Positions 16,595 to 25,713 of a stretch of 64,000 bases of DNA are shown here, one piece after another. Source of the stretch: a virus. Numbering within the stretch: the stretch's first letter is position 1; the number at the start of each line of letters is the position of its first letter. Below the pieces are notes generated by a model that was not told the DNA's origin, searched no databases, and was given only the letters and a program-made list of their open reading frames with translations. Both the position numbers and the translations under genes were made by a program. The DNA lies in the IMG/VR virus record IMGVR_UViG_3300037808_001018; one strand, written 5' to 3'.

Positions 16595-17983
16595 CTATCC
16601 AGAAGGTTGGCCTTTTGACTTTTCAGTCTCATCATCCACTAACTGAATGGCGTTAAAAGAGCCGATTGCGATGGAGCCTCTGGCCCGTTTGAACTTGGAT
16701 TCGACTACGATTTTTCTATCCAACACGTCAGAAATACACCGTTTCAACGTCTTTTCGGAAGGCGCTTTGCCCTCAATGTTACTCTCGATAAAGTTGGCTA
16801 GGCTTATGATCATTTCACTCTTGCTAGAAAAAATATCAGATTTTTCCTCTAACATCCGCTCAACCCACCCCTTCAACTCGTCAATGTCCCATCCTTGGCC
16901 TCTGCCTCCACACGCTGGCCCGGTCGCCTTACCCTCGGTTTCGGCCTTGTCTTCGTGTGTTGCCGCCTCCCAATAAATGGTGTTTTCGGCATGCTTGAAT
17001 ACTTGTATATCTTCGATATGGCCCACTTCATCTTGCCATCCTAAGCGGCGTCCACGCTTGGCTCCTATAAACTTAAAATACTTCCGGTCGATTGGATCGA
17101 TCACCAGGATGGCGCGTGCCCAGTTCGTTAAAGCCGCTGATCCGGCCCCGGCATACATCCAATCATTGGCCTTCCAATCGTCTGTGTTACGGTTGCTGGT
17201 CTTCGGCGTATGGTGGTTGATAATGATGGCGCAACCTGTGTTAAGACTGACCTTCCGACACCGATTTAGCCATGGTTGCAGGTAGTCCTCGTTCTTCAAA
17301 TCGAACCCGGCGAATGCTCCCAATGGGTCTATTCGAAGGATATCAAGCTCACGCTCATTGATCACCTGCTCGATGTATTCGAGGAACTCGTCACCCATAC
17401 TGTAGACGGGCTCGATATGGGTATTCTCCATTATTAGGTCGCGTTCTTCCTGGGTGAAAGCGCCTTCACGCTCTGTCACCCCTCGCACGGTCCCCCGTGC
17501 TGCCTCGATAACATCACCGTCGTCGTTCTCTGCTTGGCACGTAAATATCTTCAGGGGGCGACTAGGATCGATCCCAAAGGCAGCTCGGCCACACGCCCAG
17601 AGCAGGTCTTGCTGAACGGAAGCGGAGGACTTGCCGATACCGCTAGGACCGATAAACAGCATGGCCCCTTCTTCGCAGAGGAAGCGCTCACCGAGCAGCG
17701 TCTTGGAATGGTCGATATCGCGTTCGGAGTAGTCGAGGATCGACGCGCCTTTGAACTCTAGCGGTATATCGGCAACCTTATCGTCATCGACGACTTCAAG
17801 CCCAGTGCTATCGGCATCATCGGTCAGGCCCTCCTTCACGCACTCCTCGTAAGGCTTGGCCATGAGTTCCTTATCGTACTCCATCATGGCGCGGATATAG
17901 GACAGCATCGAAGGCGCTTCTGGTTTCGTTTCCTCTGACTTATTGGGACCAGCATCTTTGCTGGTAGCTTTGATACTGGCCAT
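16595..17983 (-). CDS. RecA-fold replicative helicase-like ATPase (AAA_25 / RepA-like)
   Basis: 462 aa. Walker A is FIGPSGIGKSS. DILRIDPL and IIINHHTPKT motifs are typical of RepA/DnaB-like P-loop proteins. Confidence 0.65.
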   Translation of the reverse strand: MASIKATSKDAGPNKSEETKPEAPSMLSYIRAMMEYDKELMAKPYEECVKEGLTDDADSTGLEVVDDDKVADIPLEFKGASILDYSERDIDHSKTLLGERFLCEEGAMLFIGPSGIGKSSASVQQDLLWACGRAAFGIDPSRPLKIFTCQAENDDGDVIEAARGTVRGVTEREGAFTQEERDLIMENTHIEPVYSMGDEFLEYIEQVINERELDILRIDPLGAFAGFDLKNEDYLQPWLNRCRKVSLNTGCAIIINHHTPKTSNRNTDDWKANDWMYAGAGSAALTNWARAILVIDPIDRKYFKFIGAKRGRRLGWQDEVGHIEDIQVFKHAENTIYWEAATHEDKAETEGKATGPACGGRGQGWDIDELKGWVERMLEEKSDIFSSKSEMIISLANFIESNIEGKAPSEKTLKRCISDVLDRKIVVESKFKRARGSIAIGSFNAIQLVDDETEKSKGQPSG

Positions 17984-17984
17984 G

Positions 17985-18995
17985 TTATCGGATTGGTTTG
18001 GTGGGGTTTAGGTAGAGTAAAGGTTGGCGTTTGCCGTTTTCACGGGTGCCGTTTGGAAGTCTGGCCCATTGGTTGGGGGTAAGCATGGCAGGGTCAGCAC
18101 CTAGTTTACTGGCCTGCTCCATCCATGATTCGAGATTGTCTGGTCTATGACCGATATAGAACCACCCATGAGCGCCTTTGCCGCCCGTTGCGACGACCAT
18201 GGTGAGGTGCATGTTAAGCGCGAGTTCATTGATCACGGTCATGCACTGATCGATAGGCGTGACGAAGGAATCGGCACTGAACTCATCGATGTCGACCACG
18301 AAATAGGCTTTGCGATCCACATTCAGCCGTTGGCGACGCCCATCGAGGGACTTCATGGGGTTGGGGCAAATGAACTGCCATGTATTCATGGCTAGGCAAT
18401 TCCGCCATTTGGGCGTCTTACGGATCAAAGAGTGGCGGACATCGCGACCGGCGCAAACGAGGTCATCGGGGTCGAACAAATCCTCGATCAATTCGCGTGG
18501 GTGTTGGTCGAGGGGCACGGGTGACGACGCCTTCATTTCCTGCACGGTGGTTGGCGTTATTTCGTCCCTGAGTTGCCAATCGATGACGGCTTTAACGGGC
18601 TCGATAATGCCCCGTGCGGTTTTCTTGGAGGGTTGTTTGTAGCTGGCGGTTCCTCGTTGAGGATCGATGCCGAGTGCCTTAGCGACCAAGAGAGGCGCAT
18701 CCTTGCGGGTGTAGCCTTGGAACTTCTCAGCAAAGTCGATGATATCTCCTGACGTGGCGCATGCGGAGTGACATTGCCAGCGCCATACTCCTTGGTGGAA
18801 ACTTACTTTGAAGCTAGTGTTATTGTTCCCGTTGTGAAGTGGACACTTGCCGCGCCGATTGGACTCTGGCCCGTGGAAAACGGTGCCGCTGACCTTGGCG
18901 ATATAGTCTTCGAGGTCGATTTCTCGCAGGTGGGCGCGTAAAGCTTCCCAATCGTATCTTGGCCCGTGTTTGGCCATTGCTTTACAGACTGCCAT
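17985..18995 (-). CDS. DNA primase: N-terminal CHC2 zinc finger fused to an AEP prim-pol-like domain
   Basis: CPLHNGNNNTSFKVSF..WQCHSACATSGDIIDF is a zf-CHC2 pattern. The C-terminal VVDIDE (DxD) and GGKGAHGWFYI (sGxGxH) are prim-pol motifs. Confidence 0.65.
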   Translation of the reverse strand: MAVCKAMAKHGPRYDWEALRAHLREIDLEDYIAKVSGTVFHGPESNRRGKCPLHNGNNNTSFKVSFHQGVWRWQCHSACATSGDIIDFAEKFQGYTRKDAPLLVAKALGIDPQRGTASYKQPSKKTARGIIEPVKAVIDWQLRDEITPTTVQEMKASSPVPLDQHPRELIEDLFDPDDLVCAGRDVRHSLIRKTPKWRNCLAMNTWQFICPNPMKSLDGRRQRLNVDRKAYFVVDIDEFSADSFVTPIDQCMTVINELALNMHLTMVVATGGKGAHGWFYIGHRPDNLESWMEQASKLGADPAMLTPNQWARLPNGTRENGKRQPLLYLNPTKPIR

Positions 18996-18996
18996 G

Positions 18997-19239
18997 CTAT
19001 TCTTGAGCCGCTATAGACTCAATGTAACAACGTAAAATGGAATCGTATTGGGACCTAGGCATTCCTAGCGTATCCATGGCACTGACGAACACGGCGCACA
19101 GTTGATAGATTTCTTTGCCGATAGCATCGGAATAAGCGTCCATGAGCACCTCAACTTGATCGGATGTCAGGGATTCCCATTCAGGGTTATCGGCGTGGAA
19201 GTTAGCCATATCGGGGTAATCGCTGTTGAAATTGACCAT
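18997..19239 (-). CDS. hypothetical acidic protein
   Basis: 80-aa ORF, tightly packed. Confidence 0.4.
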   Translation of the reverse strand: MVNFNSDYPDMANFHADNPEWESLTSDQVEVLMDAYSDAIGKEIYQLCAVFVSAMDTLGMPRSQYDSILRCYIESIAAQE

Positions 19240-19280
19240 GATATTTATTTTGCAGTCGTTAGTCTTCTTGTTGGCGCTTG

Positions 19281-20813
19281 TCAGCGTTGGTGATAATGAG
19301 CGAACCGCTGCGAAATAACGTCGGAAGCTTGTTCAAAAGTGAATTGCCCCGCGTTAGGTGTTTTCCATTGCCGTAAAAGGCGCAGTTGTTTCACGGAGCA
19401 AAGGCCCATACCCTTGCGTTGGAGCAACCGATCCATGAGCGCACTGGCGTGGCCGCGTGACTCGACCATTGCTGAATCGACGCCTAATCTTTCAAGCGTC
19501 TCCAACTGTTTTGGTGATGCCGGTTCCGTTTCCCATCCGAAACGAGGGGCGTATTCGGCAAGTTCGACATCGCCTAGTTCAGCGGCCAGGGCGATTGGGT
19601 CAAAGGTCCGTGATTTGTTTTGGCGTTTGCGGTCTAGCTCACGCTTAATTTTTAGGAGGCGAGCCTCTTTCAGTTCAGCGGCGAGTTCTAGCAAGTCCTC
19701 TTGTTCTTCCAGGTCAATGGTATGGTCATGATCCTCGATAGCCTCGCTGATTTCCTTGGCCTCCTCTTGCGATCCGGCAACAAGATGCGCGGGGGTAATT
19801 AGCGAGTGCTTGGATGTTAGGTAGAGAGGGTCCAATATTTGGCAATCCTCCTTGCCGGGATGCATTCGTAATCCTCGGCCAATGGCTTGTTGGAAAAATG
19901 CCAACGACTCGGTAGGTCTCAGCATGAGAACCTGATCAATGACGGTAGCGTCGAAACCTTCTGTAAGAACACTACAATTGGCCATCACGCCCCCGTCTGG
20001 CATGTTTTTGCACCACTCAACGGTTTCGGCCCGATCATCACTCATCCCATCGACATGTTTGGCTTCAATCCCTGCTTCCTGGCAGAGCGTCACGAACGTC
20101 TTGGAGACATCGACCAAAGGAAGGAACACCAATGTGCGACGGCTTTGCAGGTAGGGCTTTAGTGCCTCGACGCATGGTTGAAGCACTGGACGAACGGCGT
20201 CACCACAAGACTTGGCTGTGTAATCCCCGGCAGCTTTTTTTAGGTTGGATAGGTCTATCTCGATAGGGAAATTGATAACCTTTGGCCTAACCAGAAACCC
20301 TTGTTTAACAAGATCAGCGAGACCGACTTGGTAGGCTAGTTCATCACAAATCTCGCCCATTCGTTTGTGTGGCGTGGCCGTGATAGCTAGTTTCTTCCCT
20401 GACCAATACGTATAAACCTCGCGCCACTTATCCGAAGACGCGTAGTGATGCGCCTCATCGGCTATCACAAGGCCCCAATGATCGACAGGGAACCGTTCCT
20501 TTCGCGTTAGCAATGTTTGAGCGCTGGCAACCACAACATCAGCGTTCATCGGTGCCCGGTGCTCTGCTTTTTCCAGGTGAGCAGTGATACCTACCCGACC
20601 GAAAGCATCAATAGCTTGATTCGCTAATTCTTGTCGGTGAACGATGAATAACACCCGCTTACCGACAGCTAAACACCTCTGAGCAATGCTAATGCTCATG
20701 TAAGTTTTACCAGCGCCAGTAGCGGCGACGAGTAACAGGCTATTGTGTTCCTTAAACTTGGATAACACCGACTGAATGGCCTCGGTTTGATACGGTCTAA
20801 CGCTAAAACTCAT
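19281..20813 (-). CDS. superfamily 2 DNA helicase (DEAH box, ResIII plus Helicase_C)
   Basis: The ATG at 20811-20813 overlaps the HNH stop (ATGA). Motifs are RPYQTEAI, AATGAGKT, IADEAHHY and QAIGRGLR. Confidence 0.8.
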   Translation of the reverse strand: MSFSVRPYQTEAIQSVLSKFKEHNSLLLVAATGAGKTYMSISIAQRCLAVGKRVLFIVHRQELANQAIDAFGRVGITAHLEKAEHRAPMNADVVVASAQTLLTRKERFPVDHWGLVIADEAHHYASSDKWREVYTYWSGKKLAITATPHKRMGEICDELAYQVGLADLVKQGFLVRPKVINFPIEIDLSNLKKAAGDYTAKSCGDAVRPVLQPCVEALKPYLQSRRTLVFLPLVDVSKTFVTLCQEAGIEAKHVDGMSDDRAETVEWCKNMPDGGVMANCSVLTEGFDATVIDQVLMLRPTESLAFFQQAIGRGLRMHPGKEDCQILDPLYLTSKHSLITPAHLVAGSQEEAKEISEAIEDHDHTIDLEEQEDLLELAAELKEARLLKIKRELDRKRQNKSRTFDPIALAAELGDVELAEYAPRFGWETEPASPKQLETLERLGVDSAMVESRGHASALMDRLLQRKGMGLCSVKQLRLLRQWKTPNAGQFTFEQASDVISQRFAHYHQR

Positions 20814-21253
20814 AAATCTACACTCCTCCACGTTTCACCGCCTATCACATCGCAAATGGTTGCATAGCTAACATTATACTTTTTAGCCAACTCCCTGTAA
20901 GAGGTATCCCGTGCTCGGTCTCGGATTTCCTCAACCTCGGCAACGGTAAGTTTCTGCGGGCGCGTGGCGGGAGTCCACTCAAGATTCTCGGCGCGGTTAT
21001 CCCACAAATCGCCGTTTAGGTGCTTTACGTAAGTATGCCCATCGGGATTATCGCAGAACGCCTCGGCAACAAGCTTGTGCAACGGTTTCTGAACGTTTGT
21101 GTAAGGTTTGACTTCGATGCATAGCGCGACGTAGGCGTAAGGTGATGTCGCCTTGATCGTTGTGTGTATTTGTTTGCGTCGCCATTTGCGAAACACTTTC
21201 CCCTCTTCAGTGATTTCGTAATCGGCAAATCCTTCAATATCTCTGGTTTTCAT
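20810..21253 (-). CDS. HNH homing endonuclease (NUMOD4 / HNH_3-like) with C-terminal HTH
   Basis: ATG at 21251-21253. Contains EGFADYEITEEGKVFRK and KHLNGDLWDNRAENLEW, plus a C-terminal region RELAKKYNVSYATICDV. Confidence 0.7.
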   Translation of the reverse strand: MKTRDIEGFADYEITEEGKVFRKWRRKQIHTTIKATSPYAYVALCIEVKPYTNVQKPLHKLVAEAFCDNPDGHTYVKHLNGDLWDNRAENLEWTPATRPQKLTVAEVEEIRDRARDTSYRELAKKYNVSYATICDVIGGETWRSVDL

Positions 21254-21260
21254 GTTAGAA

Positions 21261-21306
21261 TGGTATGCCTTGGCCTTGCATTTCACCGAGAGACCAAGGC
21301 ATACCA
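21261..21306. other. perfect 13-bp stem hairpin upstream of the HNH gene
   Basis: tggtatgccttgg (21261-73) pairs with ccaaggcatacca (21294-306) across a 20-nt loop. A GTCTTACC motif follows at 21308-15. Confidence 0.7.
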
Positions 21307-21321
21307 AGTCTTACCGTTAGT

Positions 21322-21738
21322 TTAAAATGACGATTCGTTATTTGAAGATGAAGGTGTTGGAGCTTTTTCGTTGGGGTCCAATGGGTCAAGGTAACGCTCT
21401 ACTTTATTGTAGTTCTTATCGTTGTATTTCTCGACGATGACTTTGGCAAGCAGTGCCATCCCAATGACATCATTGGGTGTGATGTCGATATCTTCTCCTT
21501 CTTCGATGCGTGCACCCGTTCCGCGCATAAACTGGCTAACCCTCCACGCTGCTGCCTCGCTAAAAACGAGGTTATCAGTCACGTAGGTGTTTGGATCGGG
21601 CGTCTTCATGACCATTTGGAATGTGTCATGACCGCTCTTAGTTTGACTTTCCTTGCAATCGGTCACGATAAGTTCGTAAGTTCCCGGCTTAAGGGTAACG
21701 ATTGGTTGTTGTTTGCTAGTAGCTTTGACGTGTGCCAT
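21322..21738 (-). CDS. DUF669-like phage protein (ssDNA-binding-like)
   Basis: 138 aa. The pattern PGTYELIVTDCKESQTKSG..FQMVMK, and the context next to AAA_24 and nuclease genes, are typical of DUF669. Confidence 0.5.
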   Translation of the reverse strand: MAHVKATSKQQPIVTLKPGTYELIVTDCKESQTKSGHDTFQMVMKTPDPNTYVTDNLVFSEAAAWRVSQFMRGTGARIEEGEDIDITPNDVIGMALLAKVIVEKYNDKNYNKVERYLDPLDPNEKAPTPSSSNNESSF

Positions 21739-21743
21739 GATTA

Positions 21744-22103
21744 TTATTTATTTCGGTTAGTTTCTTCTTTCGTTTCTTTGGTTTGATCTACTTTTTTCCA
21801 TACGGAAGCTGGCCGCGCATGTGAAACGGGCTGGACGGTCTTACGATACCCGCCCGACTCTATATAGCCCGCCCGTCGGGCTCGGTTGATAACGGCTCCC
21901 CACGCCCTGCCGTCGGGAGGGTGGGGTAACCCTCTAGCATGAGCCCAGGTGCGCAACTCCTCCGTCATGAACGACTCTCGCGGATAATGCATAAGCGCAC
22001 TAAACGCGTGGTCGGCCCACTCTTCCCCAGCCTTGCTTGCGGCAATCTCGGCTCCTTCATCGGCCAGTTGCTCACTTAATCTCATCAGTTCAGCTACACT
22101 CAT
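21744..22103 (-). CDS. hypothetical protein
   Basis: The ATG at 22101-22103 is preceded by the CA-rich leader aaacaaaaccaATG. The longer ORF version begins at a GTG. Confidence 0.45.
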   Translation of the reverse strand: MSVAELMRLSEQLADEGAEIAASKAGEEWADHAFSALMHYPRESFMTEELRTWAHARGLPHPPDGRAWGAVINRARRAGYIESGGYRKTVQPVSHARPASVWKKVDQTKETKEETNRNK

Positions 22104-22546
22104 TGGTTTTGTTTCCTGGCGACCCACGCAAGTAGGAGGGCGTCACAGTTGGTTGTGGTTACTTTGCAGCCGGGGAACAGCCGTTCGGCGGCTTCTTTGT
22201 TGGCATGTTTACGCTTCTTGGAATCACTTACGGGCGGCAAGCCCAACTCGCTACGCCATGCACGGGCGCGGGACACTTGAAATGGAACGCCTAACATGTA
22301 GCAAATCCCTTCCAACTGCCCATTGTGATAGACCAACTTGTCACGGCCTTTCTGTCTAGGCATGACATCGACGCGTTCTAAAGCGCCTCTTACCAAACCT
22401 GACCACTCTTGCAATTGCTGACCCATGCTTGCCACGGTGCAATCCTTGAACGGCTCCCAGTGTGGGTGGATGGCATCGTCGTCGGTGATGACCGCCCATG
22501 CGCCGTTCGTGGTTCCTGGATCGATCCCGTAATAGTATCGACCCAT
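22100..22546 (-). CDS. RuvC-like Holliday junction resolvase
   Basis: The N-terminus YYYGIDPGTTNGAWAVI is a RuvC-fold signature. 148 aa. Confidence 0.6.
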   Translation of the reverse strand: MGRYYYGIDPGTTNGAWAVITDDDAIHPHWEPFKDCTVASMGQQLQEWSGLVRGALERVDVMPRQKGRDKLVYHNGQLEGICYMLGVPFQVSRARAWRSELGLPPVSDSKKRKHANKEAAERLFPGCKVTTTNCDALLLAWVARKQNQ

Positions 22547-22761
22547 TAAATCACCTCTTCTGGCCCGTATTTCGTAGCTAGTGGGCGATAGCTATTGGGC
22601 GCTTTCTTGCCGCACTCAGGACACTCGAACGTGGGGATGACGTTGCGATGGTAATTGTCATCGTCGTAGCCAGATATAAAAGTTTCATGGCCACAATGCT
22701 CGCACTCTATTGTTGCTGTGAAGTCTCTGCGATATTGCGTTAATATTGTTTTTATTCTCAT
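22546..22761 (-). CDS. zinc-ribbon protein
   Basis: 71 aa with CEHCGH .. CPECGKK. Confidence 0.5.
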   Translation of the reverse strand: MRIKTILTQYRRDFTATIECEHCGHETFISGYDDDNYHRNVIPTFECPECGKKAPNSYRPLATKYGPEEVI

Positions 22762-23582
22762 TATTTCTTGGTTGTCTTAAAGTTGAACCGCCCATAAAGG
22801 ACGGTGAAGTTATCTAGTTCTAACTCTTTCTCTTTCACGTAGTCTTTGGCTATAGTTTCGTATTTCCTGACCAAGCGAGCGCCCATCAGAAAAGCGTTGA
22901 TCCGGCGTGGACTCTTCAGCGCCTGATCGAACGTGATTTCATCCGTCGCGTCTAACAAAGTGTCTTTCGCGGCATTATTAGCAACCTCGCATGACACTAG
23001 CTTGGCGCACTTTGCGCAGAAGGCACAAACGGACGGCTTGTGGTCGGTCTTGGCAACGTAAGCGTCTACGATCCCCCGCACCTTTTCCGTTGCTTCGGTT
23101 CGCGAAAAGGAGAACGCTTGATCGAAACGCGAATCCACTTGAACAACACGTATTGTCCAGGCATCAGCGTTGCACTGATCCATACACCCTAGTGCCAAAG
23201 CGGCAGCATAGGGGCGTAGATCATAGTAAGCTCGGCCAAAGCGATACTGAACTGCTGAACAATATTCAGGGAACATTAAATGAACACGCGACACCCGTGG
23301 AAGAAGCGAACACTGGATGTCTTGCTGACGCGCTACTAGAGCTTCGCCATAGATAGTATCGGTGTGTGCTCTTGCCCATGATACGGCCTTATCATCCGCA
23401 TCACTTAAGCCATAAGCGGTAGCCTGATAACTGGGTGCCACGATGGCTTCAACCAAGGAATCGGTGCGGGCGAACATCGCCGTCTTCTTCTCTTCTTCTT
23501 TCGGGCTCGATGGTGGGTCATTGCGCCATTCGAAGTGAACGCACTGATCCAGTTGAGCTAACAGTATATCAGAGATAGCCAT
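22761..23582 (-). CDS. Cas4/RecB-like PD-(D/E)xK exonuclease candidate
   Basis: ATG at 23580-23582, 1 nt after the upstream stop. The C-terminal Cys cluster CAFCAKCAKLVSC is of the Cas4 type. Context is AAA_24 plus DUF669. Confidence 0.45.
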   Translation of the reverse strand: MAISDILLAQLDQCVHFEWRNDPPSSPKEEEKKTAMFARTDSLVEAIVAPSYQATAYGLSDADDKAVSWARAHTDTIYGEALVARQQDIQCSLLPRVSRVHLMFPEYCSAVQYRFGRAYYDLRPYAAALALGCMDQCNADAWTIRVVQVDSRFDQAFSFSRTEATEKVRGIVDAYVAKTDHKPSVCAFCAKCAKLVSCEVANNAAKDTLLDATDEITFDQALKSPRRINAFLMGARLVRKYETIAKDYVKEKELELDNFTVLYGRFNFKTTKK

Positions 23583-23583
23583 G

Positions 23584-24588
23584 TTACATCGGAATGGCAT
23601 CCTCCGCATCGATGAACGCAGAAACGGCGTTGAGAAACGCTTGCGGATTGGTAATGACCTTGTCCATGTATTCCTCGCAGGCAAGGTCATCCAAGCTCTC
23701 GTCGGCACTCAACTCGTTGCGGTCGATAAGGAACCGTTGAATTTCTTTCTTATTGCCCCCGGCAATGGCATCCATGAACGCCTCTTTCACGGAAACCTTG
23801 GCAGGCGCGTTTTCGTACTTCTCCTCAGAAACTTTGGAAGGCGTAGCAGGCGCAGTCAATGCTGCAACCCCTCGGCGTAGTGGAGGGAAATGCTCGGCAA
23901 CCTCCTTGAACTCGAATGGAAGAGTTGGCTTTAGCCCTAGCCGATTCTTCCCGTCATAGGCCGCGCAGCGATCAGTATGAAGCAAACGACGCTTGCCGCC
24001 CACGGCTTTCTTTTTCCCGTCTCGCTCGACAATTTTGGTTTCGTAATTAGCGAAAAACACCGCATCCGCCCACTCCATGGTGATCGGCTGGGCACGCTTT
24101 GGAAGCTTAAGAAGGTAACGATCATAGGACCCCTGATCATCTGGCATTTCGTGCTTGCGAACCTCGGCGTGCCCGATCAACACGACGTGAATATTAGCGG
24201 CCTGAAGCGCGTTAAGCTGCCGAAGGAAATCAGTCCAAAGTTCCCCTTGGCGAGAGTAACCTTTGCCGTAGCCATAGTCTTCGACCGACTGCTTATCATC
24301 ATCGGCCAGCATCCACGTAGTCATGTGGTCGCACGCCCAATCCACGGAGTCGATGATCAGGGTTTGGTAGTCCAACGATGGCAACGCTCGCACAACTTCA
24401 AGCAAATCTGGCCACTTCTGGCAGACGACACGATCCACGTCTAACTGATCCGTGCCACCTTCCGTGTCGGCAAACAAAGGCTTAGGGAATTTGGAGGCGA
24501 AAGTGCTCTTGCCGACCCCGGCAATCCCATACAAAACCACGCGTTGTGCGCGTATTATTTTTCCTGTTTTAATCGGTAAGCTCATCAC
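23584..24588 (-). CDS. AAA_24 / Sak4-like recombination ATPase
   Basis: VVLYGIAGVGKSTFASKFPKPLFADTEGG is the AAA_24 N-terminal signature. Confidence 0.7.
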   Translation of the reverse strand: MMSLPIKTGKIIRAQRVVLYGIAGVGKSTFASKFPKPLFADTEGGTDQLDVDRVVCQKWPDLLEVVRALPSLDYQTLIIDSVDWACDHMTTWMLADDDKQSVEDYGYGKGYSRQGELWTDFLRQLNALQAANIHVVLIGHAEVRKHEMPDDQGSYDRYLLKLPKRAQPITMEWADAVFFANYETKIVERDGKKKAVGGKRRLLHTDRCAAYDGKNRLGLKPTLPFEFKEVAEHFPPLRRGVAALTAPATPSKVSEEKYENAPAKVSVKEAFMDAIAGGNKKEIQRFLIDRNELSADESLDDLACEEYMDKVITNPQAFLNAVSAFIDAEDAIPM

Positions 24589-24856
24589 TGGTGGTGGTTG
24601 GTGTTGTTTTGGTTTGCTTGATGGTGGCGATAATTGCCTCCGCGCAGGTTTCTGCGTGCTTTTTCAGTCGTGCCTCTTGGTAGAAGGACACCCACGCTTC
24701 CGTAAGGCCAACTAGGACCAGGATGGTGTAGGCAATGAGCAAGACCCACCAAGGCCACGTCATCGTGTGCCCCAGCAAGAATGTTAGCATTAGAGTTTGG
24801 GTTATTCTGGTCATGGTTTTTTGGTCTGAAGGAGACACCCCTTCGGTATGCCCCAT
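24569..24856 (-). CDS. small membrane protein
   Basis: 95 aa with two hydrophobic helices (LMLTFLLGHTMTWPWWVLLIAYTILVLVGL). Confidence 0.45.
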   Translation of the reverse strand: MGHTEGVSPSDQKTMTRITQTLMLTFLLGHTMTWPWWVLLIAYTILVLVGLTEAWVSFYQEARLKKHAETCAEAIIATIKQTKTTPTTTSDELTD

Positions 24857-24889
24857 TTACTATTCGGTCTTACCGAAGGCAACCAGATT

Positions 24890-24909
24890 CTTCATAATAT
24901 TTTATGAAG
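24890..24909. promoter_or_regulatory. 20-bp palindrome, operator candidate
   Basis: cttcataa tatt ttatgaag, in the divergent region between 24856 and 25000. Confidence 0.4.
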
Positions 24910-24946
24910 CGCAGGTTCACAAAAACGGGCGAACAAGTCTAAATAC

Positions 24947-24975
24947 TTGACTTGCTCAATGAGACAGGGTAAAAC
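24947..24975 (+). promoter_or_regulatory. sigma70-like promoter candidate
   Basis: TTGACT, a 17-nt spacer, then TAAAAC, 24 nt upstream of the ATG at 25000. Confidence 0.3.
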
Positions 24976-24999
24976 TCCCCGAATGATTAACTACGAATT

Positions 25000-25203
25000 A
25001 TGGCTAAGCCCACTCAAAAGACAATAATTACTCCTCCTTCTTCGCATCGGACCCCAGAGCAAACGACCCTCACCATATCCATGACAAAGTTGCTTCGTGA
25101 GCAGATTCAGGTAGCTGCCAGCGAAGACGCACGGAATGTTTCAAATTGGTGCAGTGTTATCCTGACTGAGGCAGTTTCCTCAAAAAGAAAAAAACGGTAC
25201 TAA
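25000..25203 (+). CDS. ribbon-helix-helix (Arc/CopG-like) DNA-binding protein
   Basis: 67 aa. TLTISMTKLLREQIQVAASEDARNVSNWCSVILTEAV fits the RHH pattern. Confidence 0.55.
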   Translation: MAKPTQKTIITPPSSHRTPEQTTLTISMTKLLREQIQVAASEDARNVSNWCSVILTEAVSSKRKKRY

Positions 25204-25358
25204 GGCACTTGCAGGCTCAGTTGAGTTTGCTCCAGGATAACTTCCAACTCGCCCGTAAGAGAACGGCGATTGACTTCGGCCCTTTTAACTAGCCAAGCGT
25301 GGTGTGCTGCGGATAAACGGACTGCTTTGCCCGGTTGTTTTTTATTACGCGTCGCCAT
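25200..25358 (-). CDS. unlisted 52-aa ribbon-helix-helix protein
   Basis: Hand translation gives MATRNKKQPGKAVRLSAAHHAWLVKRAEVNRRSLTGELEVILEQTQLSLQVP. ATG at 25356-58 and TAG at 25200-02. It is below the 60-aa cutoff of the ORF track and is convergent with 25000..25203, overlapping it by 4 nt. Confidence 0.5.
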   Translation of the reverse strand: MATRNKKQPGKAVRLSAAHHAWLVKRAEVNRRSLTGELEVILEQTQLSLQVP

Positions 25359-25476
25359 TTATGGTTAATTGTTAACACTTGTAACCTAACGTCAATTCGG
25401 GTGGTGCGTCGACTTCGGTTTACCGCTTCCTGATTGTCGCCCTCTATTAATTTCCCGGTAAGACCGGGTAAGTTTC

Positions 25477-25713
25477 ATGGATCAGAAATTACCGCCCAAA
25501 CATTACTGTGTCGTTGCTGCGACACGCTCACACCAAACTGGCAAAGTGCTCCTTTATACCGGCCTTAGTCCAAGACCATTCGAGATGGATTGTCACTATG
25601 ACGTGTTCGATAAGGATTTAGCATCTGCTATCACGGAGGCATCAGAATACCTTAATGTGCCGCGTGATGATATCGAGCCGGCCATCCAACGCTTCCGCGA
25701 TGAGATGCTATAA
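25477..25713 (+). CDS. hypothetical early protein
   Basis: 78-aa ORF. The tandem motif ggtaagaccgggtaag ends 5 nt before the ATG. Confidence 0.5.
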   Translation: MDQKLPPKHYCVVAATRSHQTGKVLLYTGLSPRPFEMDCHYDVFDKDLASAITEASEYLNVPRDDIEPAIQRFRDEML

